Below are positions 53,082 to 64,000 of a DNA stretch of 64,000 nt, in pieces (positions within the stretch are counted from its first letter, which is position 1; each line of letters begins with the position of its first letter). The translations under genes were made by a program, and so were the position numbers. Below the pieces are notes generated by a model, which saw nothing but the letters and a program-made list of their open reading frames with translations, was not told the DNA's origin and made no database searches. Source of the DNA: Rhodospirillaceae bacterium (lineage in GTDB: Bacteria > Pseudomonadota > Alphaproteobacteria > UBA6615); contig JABJEK010000022.1 in the NCBI GenBank assembly GCA_018702955.1, positions 21,789 to 85,788 on the forward strand. Reading direction: 5' to 3'.

Positions 53082-53702
53082 TCAGTTGTTCGCCAGAAGC
53101 GGATCAATGATTTCCGAGAATTCCTCGATCGACCGTGAACCCGGATAAATTTGACCACCGATCTCGAACGTCGGCGTGCTCTGAACGCCCTGTGTGCTCG
53201 CCTTCTGGCGTTCGGCGAGCAGCCCGTTGGCGAGTTCTTCATTCGCGATGCAGCTTTGGAATGTGGCGTCGTCGATGCCGGCCAGTCGCCCGATCTTTGC
53301 CAATTCACTCACAGGGTCGCTCGATTGTGCCCAGCTGGTCTGGTTCTTGAACAGAACCTGGACCAATCCAGAGAAGCGGCGTGGATCGGCGCAGCGCGCC
53401 ATCATCCCGGCGCGCAGATCGACACCGTTGAGCGGGAACTCGCGGTAAACAAAACGAACCTTGCCCGTATCCACATACTTCTTCTTCAGGTCGCCATAGA
53501 CGTCGTTGTGGAAGCTCGCGCAATGGGGGCAGGTGTAGGAGTAATACTCGACCACGGTCACCGGCGCGTCCGCGCTGCCAATGGAACGCTCCTGCAGCAC
53601 CGCGGCAGGGTCGATGGCCTGCTGGGCAGGAGCTGTCGTTGCCGCAAACGCGAGCGCAATCACGCCGGCCAGGGCGGTACCAATTCCTCTATATAGGCGC
53701 AC
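53082..53702 (-). CDS. DsbA-family thiol:disulfide oxidoreductase
   Basis: CPHC active site after a signal peptide. GGAGG Shine-Dalgarno lies 5 nt before GTG 53702. Confidence 0.75.
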   Translation of the reverse strand: MRLYRGIGTALAGVIALAFAATTAPAQQAIDPAAVLQERSIGSADAPVTVVEYYSYTCPHCASFHNDVYGDLKKKYVDTGKVRFVYREFPLNGVDLRAGMMARCADPRRFSGLVQVLFKNQTSWAQSSDPVSELAKIGRLAGIDDATFQSCIANEELANGLLAERQKASTQGVQSTPTFEIGGQIYPGSRSIEEFSEIIDPLLANN

Positions 53703-53871
53703 AAAGTCCTCCAAACACAAGATGTTGCGATTATACGGACCTGCCTTCGTCCGGCACAAGCGCGGAAAAATCGCATTGTACCAACCGGTTAGCAGGCCTG
53801 TGGGTGATCCTGGCAGGCGAATGTGACGGAAAGGAGATCGTTATCATGCCGAGGGAGGCCTCGGGCGCGGG

Positions 53872-54396
53872 TTATTTGGCGTTATCCGGCTTGTTGTGTG
53901 CCAGCACGGATTCACCGAAATCCCGCAGCGCGCGGCGCAATTCGGGATCATCGACGGCGTTGAGGTTTTCGTCGAGTTGCGCCATGTCCGCGGCATCCGC
54001 GTGAACTGTTTCGGCTGGTTTGGGGCGTTCGGGCACGGAGATCGGCCCCTGATGCAGGCGAAGGCCCGCGACCGCCCGGTAGCCGTAATAGGAATTGATG
54101 CGTTCGATGACCTGGGGTTCGAGATGCTGAAGCTCGAGCGCCAGCGGGCCGGTGACCTTTACATGCAGGGTGCCGCCTTCGCCCTCGGGCCCGCGCACGA
54201 GGCGCATCGGCACGCACTGGCTGGCCAGGTCGTCGCCGACAATATCGTGCCAATCGGAGAACACGCTCGCTTCGAAGAAGCCACGCTTTCGCCTGATCGG
54301 TGCGGTCGCGCGAGCGCTGTCGGCACCGATGGCGCGCAGCCCGCCGGCACGCTTACTTGTGCGCTTGTTCTTCTTATTGTCGGGTTTCGCGGCCAT
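53872..54396 (-). CDS. DUF721 (DciA-like) domain protein
   Basis: WHDIVGDDLASQCVPMRL...TLHVKVTGPLALELQHL...IERINSYYGY fits the DUF721 pattern. Proteins of this family neighbour mutY in alphaproteobacteria. Confidence 0.5.
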   Translation of the reverse strand: MAAKPDNKKNKRTSKRAGGLRAIGADSARATAPIRRKRGFFEASVFSDWHDIVGDDLASQCVPMRLVRGPEGEGGTLHVKVTGPLALELQHLEPQVIERINSYYGYRAVAGLRLHQGPISVPERPKPAETVHADAADMAQLDENLNAVDDPELRRALRDFGESVLAHNKPDNAK

Positions 54397-54442
54397 GGCC
54401 CATGTTAGAAGGCGGGGCTGACCGCCACAATGTTTCTCAACG

Positions 54443-56633
<2,191 letters not shown>

Positions 56634-56688
56634 TCACCGTCAATCAGAAAATCTCTGAAAGGCCGATTTAGTGTTTGGAGTCAGCCGG

Positions 56689-57312
56689 TTAACGAGATGT
56701 TGGGGTGTGATCGAGCAATTTGCGTATGGGTGCGAAGCTGCGTCGGTGATGAATTGTCACACCGAGGGATTCGAGCGCGCCGCGGTGCTCCGCCGTGCCA
56801 TAGCCGGCATTGCGTTCCCAGCCATAGCCGGGATGGTCGCGCGCCAGTGCCGCCATCAGCCGGTCGCGGGTGACCTTCGCCGCGATCGATGCGGCCGCGA
56901 TCGCCAGGAATTTGGAATCACCGCGCACCACCGTTTCGCCCGGGCAGGGAAGTTCGGGCATTTGATTTCCGTCGATCAGGGCGCGGGTTGGAGCAACCGG
57001 AAGCGCGGTCACGGCCCGGGTCATGGCCCGTAGCGTGGCGCGCAGAATATTGTGCGCGTCGATTTCGGGGACCTCGGCGGCCTCGATCGACAACCAAAGC
57101 GTTCCCCGGCTTTCCTCCTCGCGGATGATCTCGAAGCAGCGTTCGCGCGCCACCTTGGTGAGCGCCTTGGAATCATTGACCCCGGCGCGCTGCAGGATAT
57201 CTGTGCTCTCGGCGGTCAGGATCGCGGCGGCCGCAACAACCGGTCCGGCCCAGGGGCCGCGGCCGGCTTCATCGACCCCGGCGATCAGTTCGGTGGTGTC
57301 AGCTTCCAGCAT
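56689..57312 (-). CDS. rnhB: ribonuclease HII
   Basis: GVDEAGRGPWAGPVVAAA N-terminal motif and an RNase HII fold. Confidence 0.9.
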   Translation of the reverse strand: MLEADTTELIAGVDEAGRGPWAGPVVAAAAILTAESTDILQRAGVNDSKALTKVARERCFEIIREEESRGTLWLSIEAAEVPEIDAHNILRATLRAMTRAVTALPVAPTRALIDGNQMPELPCPGETVVRGDSKFLAIAAASIAAKVTRDRLMAALARDHPGYGWERNAGYGTAEHRGALESLGVTIHHRRSFAPIRKLLDHTPTSR

Positions 57313-57321
57313 GCGCGCCGG

Positions 57322-58692
57322 TCAGTCCGAGTTGCCGGTGCGTGGTTTTCGCCGTCCCAGCCGTTTGATGCCGTCGGGGACGGACAATCGTTTGATGCCG
57401 TCGGGGACCGAGAATCGTTTGACCCCGTCCGGTACCGAGATGCGCACCGCAGAAATTTTTCGCACGGCGGCCTTGGTCCAGTCGGCCTCGCGCCCGAACG
57501 CAACGCGGAAGACATAGCGGATTGATGCCCGCTGGTATCGTGCCGCACCATGCAGCCGGCGGATCGCGTTCATGTAGAGAGGCGAGATCACCAGGGACAG
57601 CGCGGTCACCGAGAGAATTATTCTGAACTCGTCGCCCGAGATGATTCCCCGTTGCAGCCCCACATTGCCGAGCAGGAATGAAAATTCGCCGACCTGGGCG
57701 AGAATCAATGCACTCAACAAGGCTTGCGCCCATGGCTGGCGGAGCGCGGCGAAGATCGACAGGTTGATGGCGGTCTTGCCGACGGTGACGATCAGCAGCA
57801 TCAGGATGATGATGCCGAGATTGTCCCATATCAGCGACACGTCGATCAGCAGGCCGACCGACAGGAAGAACACCATCATCAGCACGCTCTGGATCGGCAT
57901 CACCATGTCCAGCATGCTGACGCGAAGATTGCTGTTGCCGATTGTAAGACCCGCAAGAAACGCGCCATAGGCCGGAGACAGACCGAGCAATCCGGAGACG
58001 GTGGCGGCACCGAAACAGCAGACCAGTCCGAGCAGGGGGGTCAGATCCTTGTGACCCTCCGTCCGGCTCAGGAACGGAATAATCAGACGCTGGCGTCGGC
58101 TCAGGAAAATGATCAATGCCAGCAGGAAGCCGACCGACAGGGCAATTCGGCCGACGGCGAAGATGCTGAAGGCGCCGTCGGCGACCACGTCCAGCAGCAA
58201 AATCATCGGGACGACCGCAAGATCCTGCGCGATCAGGATGCCGACCGTGATCTGGCCGGTGCGGGTACGCAGCTCATCGATATCCTCGAGCATCTTGACC
58301 GCGACCGCCGTACTCGACAGCGCGAGCACGAACGCCAGCAACGCGATCGCCCCCGTCGGCCAGCCCTGCCATTGTCCGATGAGCCAGACGAGAGCCGTTG
58401 CGCCCGCCGTCTGCAGGACGACGGTGGTGACGGCGATTTTCCAAATCTGGCGGAACGCACGAAGGCTCAGCTCCATGCCGATGACGAAGAGCAGCAGCAG
58501 CATCCCCAACTCGGCGAGCAGGCCGATGCTTTCCTCGTTCTCGACCAGTCCGAGACCAGACGGGCCGAGGACAAATCCGGCGATGATGTAGCCGACGACG
58601 GCGGGTTGTTTCAGGCGCGTGAAGAACAGGCCGCACAACAGTGCAACGAGCGCGACAACGGTGAGCGGAAGCAATTCATGGTTCGTCAGCAT
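57322..58692 (-). CDS. cation:proton antiporter (CPA2/Kef-type TM domain) with a short repeat-containing C-terminal tail
   Basis: About 12 TM helices. The C-terminus has SVPDGVKRF-SVPDGIKRL-SVPDGIKRL repeats and no KTN/RCK domain. Confidence 0.7.
   Translation of the reverse strand: MLTNHELLPLTVVALVALLCGLFFTRLKQPAVVGYIIAGFVLGPSGLGLVENEESIGLLAELGMLLLLFVIGMELSLRAFRQIWKIAVTTVVLQTAGATALVWLIGQWQGWPTGAIALLAFVLALSSTAVAVKMLEDIDELRTRTGQITVGILIAQDLAVVPMILLLDVVADGAFSIFAVGRIALSVGFLLALIIFLSRRQRLIIPFLSRTEGHKDLTPLLGLVCCFGAATVSGLLGLSPAYGAFLAGLTIGNSNLRVSMLDMVMPIQSVLMMVFFLSVGLLIDVSLIWDNLGIIILMLLIVTVGKTAINLSIFAALRQPWAQALLSALILAQVGEFSFLLGNVGLQRGIISGDEFRIILSVTALSLVISPLYMNAIRRLHGAARYQRASIRYVFRVAFGREADWTKAAVRKISAVRISVPDGVKRFSVPDGIKRLSVPDGIKRLGRRKPRTGNSD
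57363..57443. repeat. 3 x 27-bp imperfect tandem repeat inside the 3' end of the antiporter gene
   Basis: Units CGTTTGATGCCGTCGGGGACGGACAAT, CGTTTGATGCCGTCGGGGACCGAGAAT and CGTTTGACCCCGTCCGGTACCGAGATG encode the 9-aa repeats. Confidence 0.8.
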
Positions 58693-58736
58693 CTTGGCCG
58701 CACGCTAGCACAACGTCCGGCCTGCATCGGGTGAAT

Positions 58737-59921
58737 TCAGTCCGCGTTCTCCGCGAACAAATTCAACTGACCAATGGCCGTTTGACTCACGCCTTCTCTT
58801 TGAAATTGCCGGGCGTCGAGCAACGTCGGCTCCGTGGAATAGCCCTGCTGGCGCCGCGCGATCGCGAAGCGTTCCCGCAGCAGCTTTGCCAGCTCGCCGG
58901 TGCCGCGCATGCGCTCGCCAAACCCGCTCTTGTACAGTTCGCCGCCACGCATCTCGCGCAGACGGTTCAACACGCGCCGCTTCCGATCGGGATAGTGGGT
59001 GGCCAGCCATTCCTCGAACAAATCCTTCAGTTCGAGCGGCAGGCGCAGGAGGATGTAGCTGGCATGTGTGGCGCCGGCCTGGCGGGCGCGAATGAGGATG
59101 GCCTCCAGCTCGTGGTCGTTCAGGGCCGGGATCATCGGTGCGGCCATGACAGTGACCGGGAGGCCCGCTGCTGCGAGCATCCGGATTGTCTCGAGGCGCC
59201 GTTCGGGCCGTGCCGCGCGTGGTTCCATGTTCTGGGCCAGTTCGGCGTCCAGTGTGGTGACCGAAACACCGACGGTGGCGAGCCCCTTGGCTGCCATCGG
59301 GGCGAGGATGTCGAGGTCGCGTGTGACCAGTGCGCTCTTCGTCACGATGGAGACGGGGTGATCATGGGCGGCGAGAACTTCGAGAATCGAACGGGTGATC
59401 TTCAGCCGTCGCTCGATGGGCTGATAGGGATCGGTGTTGGTGCCCATGGCGATGGCACGTGGCTTGTATCCCGGGCGCGCGAGTTCGCGGGTCAGCAGTT
59501 CCGCGGCATTCGGTTTGGCGAAGAGCCGCGTCTCGAAATCCAGACCGGGTGACAGGCCGAGCCAGGCATGGGTCGGCCGGGCAAAACAATAGACGCAGCC
59601 ATGCTCGCAGCCCCGATAGGCATTGATCGAACGATCAAATGGCAGGTCCGGCGAATCGTTCCGCGCGATGATGGTTTTCGTCCGGTCGAACGTGACAATT
59701 GTGTCGAGACGCGGGGCCGGGTCCCCGTCGGCGCTCTCGCGTCCGGTGCGCCAGCCATCGTCGGTGGCCTCGGCTCGGAGACGCTCGAAACGACCGGTGC
59801 GATTGGAAATGGCGCCGCGCCCGGGCCGGTGGCGATCGGGAATTCGATCCGGCGACGCATTACGTAATCCGCCCTGCTGTCCCGCATCGGGGGTGATGTG
59901 TCGATCGATGATCTTGTTCAT
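58737..59921 (-). CDS. radical SAM protein (PA0069/SplB-like DNA-repair photolyase family)
   Basis: CEHGCVYCF radical-SAM cysteine motif in a 394-aa protein. Confidence 0.7.
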   Translation of the reverse strand: MNKIIDRHITPDAGQQGGLRNASPDRIPDRHRPGRGAISNRTGRFERLRAEATDDGWRTGRESADGDPAPRLDTIVTFDRTKTIIARNDSPDLPFDRSINAYRGCEHGCVYCFARPTHAWLGLSPGLDFETRLFAKPNAAELLTRELARPGYKPRAIAMGTNTDPYQPIERRLKITRSILEVLAAHDHPVSIVTKSALVTRDLDILAPMAAKGLATVGVSVTTLDAELAQNMEPRAARPERRLETIRMLAAAGLPVTVMAAPMIPALNDHELEAILIRARQAGATHASYILLRLPLELKDLFEEWLATHYPDRKRRVLNRLREMRGGELYKSGFGERMRGTGELAKLLRERFAIARRQQGYSTEPTLLDARQFQREGVSQTAIGQLNLFAENAD

Positions 59922-60018
59922 GGGCTAATGATAATACGCAAAAAGAACAAAACAAGAACAATCGTCTTACTGCAGCCGGGTTCCCTAAAATATTATATAT
60001 ATCAGATAGTTGACAGGT

Positions 60019-61038
60019 TCATGCGAGCCAGTCGCGGCGTGTTTCCACGATGATTCCCGGCTCGAAGCAACGCTCGACATGGGCACGAATATGCGCCGCC
60101 ATTCGGGAATCGCGCATGGCCGCGTGGTCCGTATCGGACCATTCGGCCTTCCAGCGGGCGAACCAGGTGATGGTGCGCAGCCATGTCAGCCGCCGCAGAG
60201 GCAGGAGCCACGGACCGAGTTCTGCTGCCCGTTCCCGGCCGACCAGTCCGAGATAATGCTGGTAGAACAGTTCCACATCGTCCGCCGTCAGGTCGCCCCG
60301 GCAGTCCGGATCCCATCCCGTGGAGGTCAGCAGGGTGACATGTGCCAGATCGATCGGGACGGCGCCGTACAGCGCCTTTTCAAGGTCGACGAACCAGGCC
60401 TTGCCGCCATCGTCGATCAGGAAGTTGCCCGGGTGTGCGTCCGTGCAGACCAGGCAAGGGGCGAAATTCGGCTCACCCTGGCCGGCGAAGTCCCGAGCCC
60501 AATCGAGGTCCTGTCGAATGCCCGCTTCGCTCTCGGGGTCGAGACTTGCCTTGGCGAGGAACGCCGCCTGTTCCTCGATTGTCTGGAGCGTCGATGACAC
60601 CGGATTGCGATGAACCTGGAGCGGCGGGAGCTGATCACCGGCGGGAACGGGCAGGCTGTGAATCGCCGCGAGCGCGTCCGCGATGGCCGGCAGATCACGG
60701 GGCAGGTGAGGTGCGCGCCCGGCGATTTCCTCGACGAGCAAGGCGCCGCGCGGGAGCGCATCATCCGGTGCCATCACGGCGATACATTGCGGCGTGTGCC
60801 CGCTGGCGGCGGCGCGTTCGAACGCGGCGGCCTGGTAGGCGAGCGCGTCTTCGGCGCGCAGGCCCCATTGGTTCATGCGGGGTATGCGCAGCACCATTCC
60901 GGTGTCGGCCACCCGCCAGTGATCATGCGAAACACCCTTGGTCGAATGGACCGAAAGATCGTCACCATTCAACCCCGGGGCATGCCCGGAATGCCGCAAT
61001 CGTTCGGCAATTGCGTCGGGATCGAGCTCATCCGTCAT
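60019..61038 (-). CDS. aminoglycoside phosphotransferase (APH) family kinase-like protein
   Basis: Brenner/catalytic loop TDAHPGNFLID and a downstream FVDLE (DxE). Confidence 0.65.
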   Translation of the reverse strand: MTDELDPDAIAERLRHSGHAPGLNGDDLSVHSTKGVSHDHWRVADTGMVLRIPRMNQWGLRAEDALAYQAAAFERAAASGHTPQCIAVMAPDDALPRGALLVEEIAGRAPHLPRDLPAIADALAAIHSLPVPAGDQLPPLQVHRNPVSSTLQTIEEQAAFLAKASLDPESEAGIRQDLDWARDFAGQGEPNFAPCLVCTDAHPGNFLIDDGGKAWFVDLEKALYGAVPIDLAHVTLLTSTGWDPDCRGDLTADDVELFYQHYLGLVGRERAAELGPWLLPLRRLTWLRTITWFARWKAEWSDTDHAAMRDSRMAAHIRAHVERCFEPGIIVETRRDWLA

Positions 61039-61063
61039 GGGTTAGAGCGCTTCGCGCATGGAT

Positions 61064-61612
61064 CTAGAGCGGTTCGCGCCCTTCATGCTCGCGCAGCCGC
61101 GGCAACAACTCGGCGAAGTTGCACGGCTTGTGCCGGATATCGAGCTGATCTTTCAGAATATCGTCCCAGCCGTCACGGCACGCACCGGGCGAACCCGGCA
61201 GTACGAATATATAGGTGCCCGTCAGCACACCGGCATCGGCGCGAGACTGGACCGTCGAGGTGCCGATTTTCTGAAAACTGATCCAGCGAAACAATTCGCC
61301 AAACCCGTCGATACGCTTCTCCACCACATCGCCGAGCGCTTCCGGGGTGACGTCGTTTCCCGTCACGCCGGTGCCGCCGGTTGAGATGACCACCTCGATC
61401 TCCGGGTCGGCGGCCCAGTCACGGAACTGGCCCGCAATCGTGGCCCGGTCATCCTTTACGATCGCGCGCGTCGCCAGCACATGGCCGGCGGACTGCAGGC
61501 GTTCACACAGGGTATCGCCGGACCGGTCGTCATCCAGCCCGCGGGTGTCGGAGATCGTCAGGACGGCGATGCGTACCGGTTTGAATTCCGGGTCGGGCTC
61601 AGTCTGTGCCAT
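61064..61612 (-). CDS. mogA: molybdenum cofactor biosynthesis protein MogA/MoaB (molybdopterin adenylyltransferase)
   Basis: The MoaB/MogA fold with GGTGVTGNDVTPEA. Start is at MAQTEPD. Confidence 0.75.
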   Translation of the reverse strand: MAQTEPDPEFKPVRIAVLTISDTRGLDDDRSGDTLCERLQSAGHVLATRAIVKDDRATIAGQFRDWAADPEIEVVISTGGTGVTGNDVTPEALGDVVEKRIDGFGELFRWISFQKIGTSTVQSRADAGVLTGTYIFVLPGSPGACRDGWDDILKDQLDIRHKPCNFAELLPRLREHEGREPL

Positions 61613-63419
61613 TGGTATCCTGCGCCTCATAACGTGGCCAGCGGCCGGCGACGATATCGTCGAGCGAGGGTGAATTCTGCCCCAGTCTGTCGCGGTAGAT
61701 CCAGAGATTGGTCAGGATGCGTTCGACGAAGGCACGCGTCTCGCGCGACGGCAGGCTCTCGATGAACAGCAACGGATCGTTGCCATGGGGCACATTGCGT
61801 TCCCATTTGCGCAGATTGCCCGGGCCGGCGTTGTAAGCCGTGGCCGTCCTGAACAGATCATTCTGGATGCCGCGTTCGGACATCAGCAGCTCGATATATT
61901 GCTGGCCCAGCGCAAGATTGAACTCGGGATCGAAGAGTTTGTATTTTCCGCGGCCGCGCAAGGCGCTCTCGCGGGCGACATAGCTCGCGGTTCGCGGCAT
62001 CAGCTGCATCAGCCCACGCGCACCGGCGTGGCTCTTGGCGCGGCGGTTGAAGGCTGATTCCTGTCGCACGAATGCGAAGACGAGTGCCTTGTCGACCGCA
62101 TAACCGTCGGCGGGCGCCCAGTCAGGCACCGGATAGGCGGTGGCCAGCTTTGCCTGTTGTTCGGCGAAACCCGACAGCTTGAGTGATACCGCCGGCAGGT
62201 TTGCATGGGCCGCGAGCGCGAGGACATCGGGCAGGAGGGCCGATTGCGCGGCGGCGAGGTTGAGCAGTTCGCGCTCGGCTTCATGTTCTTGTCCGACCTG
62301 CAGCAATGCAATCGCCCGTCCGCCGATCCGGGTGTCGGCAATGTCGCGGAAATCGCCAAAATGAAGGTCCGGTTTTTTCCATCCGAAGTCGGCCGTGACA
62401 CCCAGCGCGCGGCGTGACAGCAATCCGTAGAAATGCCGTTCGTGCACCGCGCCGATTTCCAGAAACACGGTGACCCGGTCCGGGTGCCCGTTGGTCAGTG
62501 CTGCGCGTGCAGCCCAGAAACCGCCAGCCGAGACGAGCGAGTCCGCCGCTGGGGTCGATTGCGCCAGGGTGGAGAACAGGGTTTCGGCATCCTGTGTCTT
62601 GCCGAGCCGCCAGGCTGCCAATCCGCCCCACCAATAGGCGAGGGGCGCTGCACCCGGTGCGATGACGTCTGCTGCCCATGCCGCGCTGAGGGCGGTCTCG
62701 TCCTTGCCGGCGCGAAAATAGCCACGGGCGATGTCGCGCCATGCCTGTGCGATCTGAATATTGTTCAGCCGTCGCTGTGTCGCGCGCTGTTCGAGAAGCT
62801 GTTTGGCACCCGTTGGCCAGCCGCGCGCAACACGCCGCCGCATATCGCTCTGGAGGTCCCGCCCCTCGCGCGTCGATGCGCGTGAGTAAAGCGGGCGGCC
62901 TTCCGAGGCCTTGCGGACGGCTTCGCCACGGATGGCCAGGGTGTTCGTGATCGGCGCCGCTGCCGCACGGACACCACTTGGCTGGCGCAACACGGCAAGC
63001 CGATGGATGCGCCGCGCTTGCGGGTGGTCGGCATGCGCTGCCATCCAGGCGCGAAGTTCGGTGAACCGGGAACGGTACTTGGTCGGGTGCAGGTAACGCT
63101 GGGCCTCGACATGCCCCATCAGGCGTCGGTCCTGGATGCGCGCGACGATCGCGTTTGCAGATTTCCAGTCACCGGTTTCCTGTAGCTCGAAGACCCGCTT
63201 GTATCGGGCTGCATCGGCGGTGGACAACACACCCTCGACGGAACCGATGCCCGGGATCACCAGTGTCCCGGGTCCAACCAGGGCGGTCTCGAGCGGTCGC
63301 GGCTTGGGCTGCTGGGCCTGCGCGATACCTGTCCATGCCAACAGGGTGGCAGCTGCCAGCGAAATGACGACCCGATACTTCACGATGCTACCGCCTCCAT
63401 TGAAAAGCTGGGCATTCAT
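61599..63419 (-). CDS. soluble lytic murein transglycosylase (Slt family)
   Basis: Signal peptide and a superhelical N-domain. The C-terminal SLT catalytic motif is ESAFNRRAKSHAGARGLMQLMP...AYNAGPG. An alternative GTG start at 63383 has a GGAGG Shine-Dalgarno. Confidence 0.8.
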   Translation of the reverse strand: MNAQLFNGGGSIVKYRVVISLAAATLLAWTGIAQAQQPKPRPLETALVGPGTLVIPGIGSVEGVLSTADAARYKRVFELQETGDWKSANAIVARIQDRRLMGHVEAQRYLHPTKYRSRFTELRAWMAAHADHPQARRIHRLAVLRQPSGVRAAAAPITNTLAIRGEAVRKASEGRPLYSRASTREGRDLQSDMRRRVARGWPTGAKQLLEQRATQRRLNNIQIAQAWRDIARGYFRAGKDETALSAAWAADVIAPGAAPLAYWWGGLAAWRLGKTQDAETLFSTLAQSTPAADSLVSAGGFWAARAALTNGHPDRVTVFLEIGAVHERHFYGLLSRRALGVTADFGWKKPDLHFGDFRDIADTRIGGRAIALLQVGQEHEAERELLNLAAAQSALLPDVLALAAHANLPAVSLKLSGFAEQQAKLATAYPVPDWAPADGYAVDKALVFAFVRQESAFNRRAKSHAGARGLMQLMPRTASYVARESALRGRGKYKLFDPEFNLALGQQYIELLMSERGIQNDLFRTATAYNAGPGNLRKWERNVPHGNDPLLFIESLPSRETRAFVERILTNLWIYRDRLGQNSPSLDDIVAGRWPRYEAQDTNGTD

Positions 63420-63471
63420 ACAACCCGGTCGGTTCGTCCGGCAAGGTGCCGCGCCGTGCCTTCACAATTCG

Positions 63472-64000
63472 TTAATGTTCGCGAACCGCCGTGATCTCGT
63501 CCAGCTTTTCCCGTACGGCGATCAGATCGAGCCATGCGGCGCGTTTTTGCGCCGGTTGACGAAGAAGATAGGCAGGGTGAAGCGTCGCCATTGCGGGAAT
63601 AGGTGCCATGCCGGCGGTTTCCATCGCCGGTGAGGCATAGTCATACCACCGACCGCGCAGCCGGGTGATGCCTTCCGTACGATTCAGAAGTGTCTTGGCC
63701 GAGGTGCCGCCGAGAAAGACCAGGAGCCGCGGCGCAATCAGCGCAATATGGCGTTCGAGGAAGGGCAGGCAGGCCGCAATCTCGGCACCTGTGGGTTGCC
63801 GGTTTCCCGGCGGGCGCCAGGGCAGGATGTTCGTGATGTAGACATTCGTCTCGCGCCCCAAATCGAGAAACTCCAGCATCCCGTCGAGGAGTTGGCCGCT
63901 GGCGCCGACAAAGGGGGTGCCGTCCCGGTCCTCGTCGCGACCCGGTGCCTCGCCGACCAGCATGATATCTGCCGTCGCCGCGCCGGTGCCGAACACAAGG
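63472..64000 (-). CDS. uracil-DNA glycosylase family 4, partial (N-terminus beyond window)
   Basis: GEAPGRDED...[12 protein letters not shown] is the family-4 UDG motif. The 4Fe-4S Cys-bearing N-terminus expected upstream lies outside the window. Confidence 0.7.
   Translation of the reverse strand, partial: LVFGTGAATADIMLVGEAPGRDEDRDGTPFVGASGQLLDGMLEFLDLGRETNVYITNILPWRPPGNRQPTGAEIAACLPFLERHIALIAPRLLVFLGGTSAKTLLNRTEGITRLRGRWYDYASPAMETAGMAPIPAMATLHPAYLLRQPAQKRAAWLDLIAVREKLDEITAVREH

Overview
This is a high-GC (about 65%) chromosomal window that is densely coding and looks like conserved alphaproteobacterial core genome. Hallmarks are ccrM next to mutY and rnhB, a split F0 ATP-synthase operon with both b and b' subunits (atpI-B-E-F'-F), an aa3 cytochrome oxidase cluster (ctaC-D-B-orf-G-E-DUF983-surf1), and gcvT-H-PA-PB behind a tandem glycine riboswitch. 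About 65 protein-coding genes can be assigned from clear family motifs. They cover lipid A/Kdo assembly (lpxK, waaA, msbA), ubiquinone (ubiA, ubiD), glutathione (gshA, two MAPEG paralogs, GGCT-like, VOC), PmbA and TldD, EmrAB efflux, threonine (thrB, thrC), ispH, SMC, DsbA/DsbD-like redox proteins and peroxiredoxin. I see no rRNA or tRNA genes, no IS elements, integrases or transposases, no CRISPR array, and no toxin-antitoxin or restriction-modification cassette. CcrM is an orphan methyltransferase. I therefore do not find a clear-cut novel defense or mobile system. The loci most worth a second look are:
- a MAPEG-pmbA-MAPEG segmental duplication in which one copy carries a TGG to TGA nonsense change
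- a low-GC about 480-bp island encoding two tandem small hydrophobic paralogs
- a zinc-ribbon SAM methyltransferase of depressed GC beside the LPS core genes
- a 27-bp coding tandem repeat in the tail of a CPA2 antiporter
- a glutathione/redox-themed gene neighbourhood
- several intergenic palindromes, plus two GANTC sites in the ccrM leader
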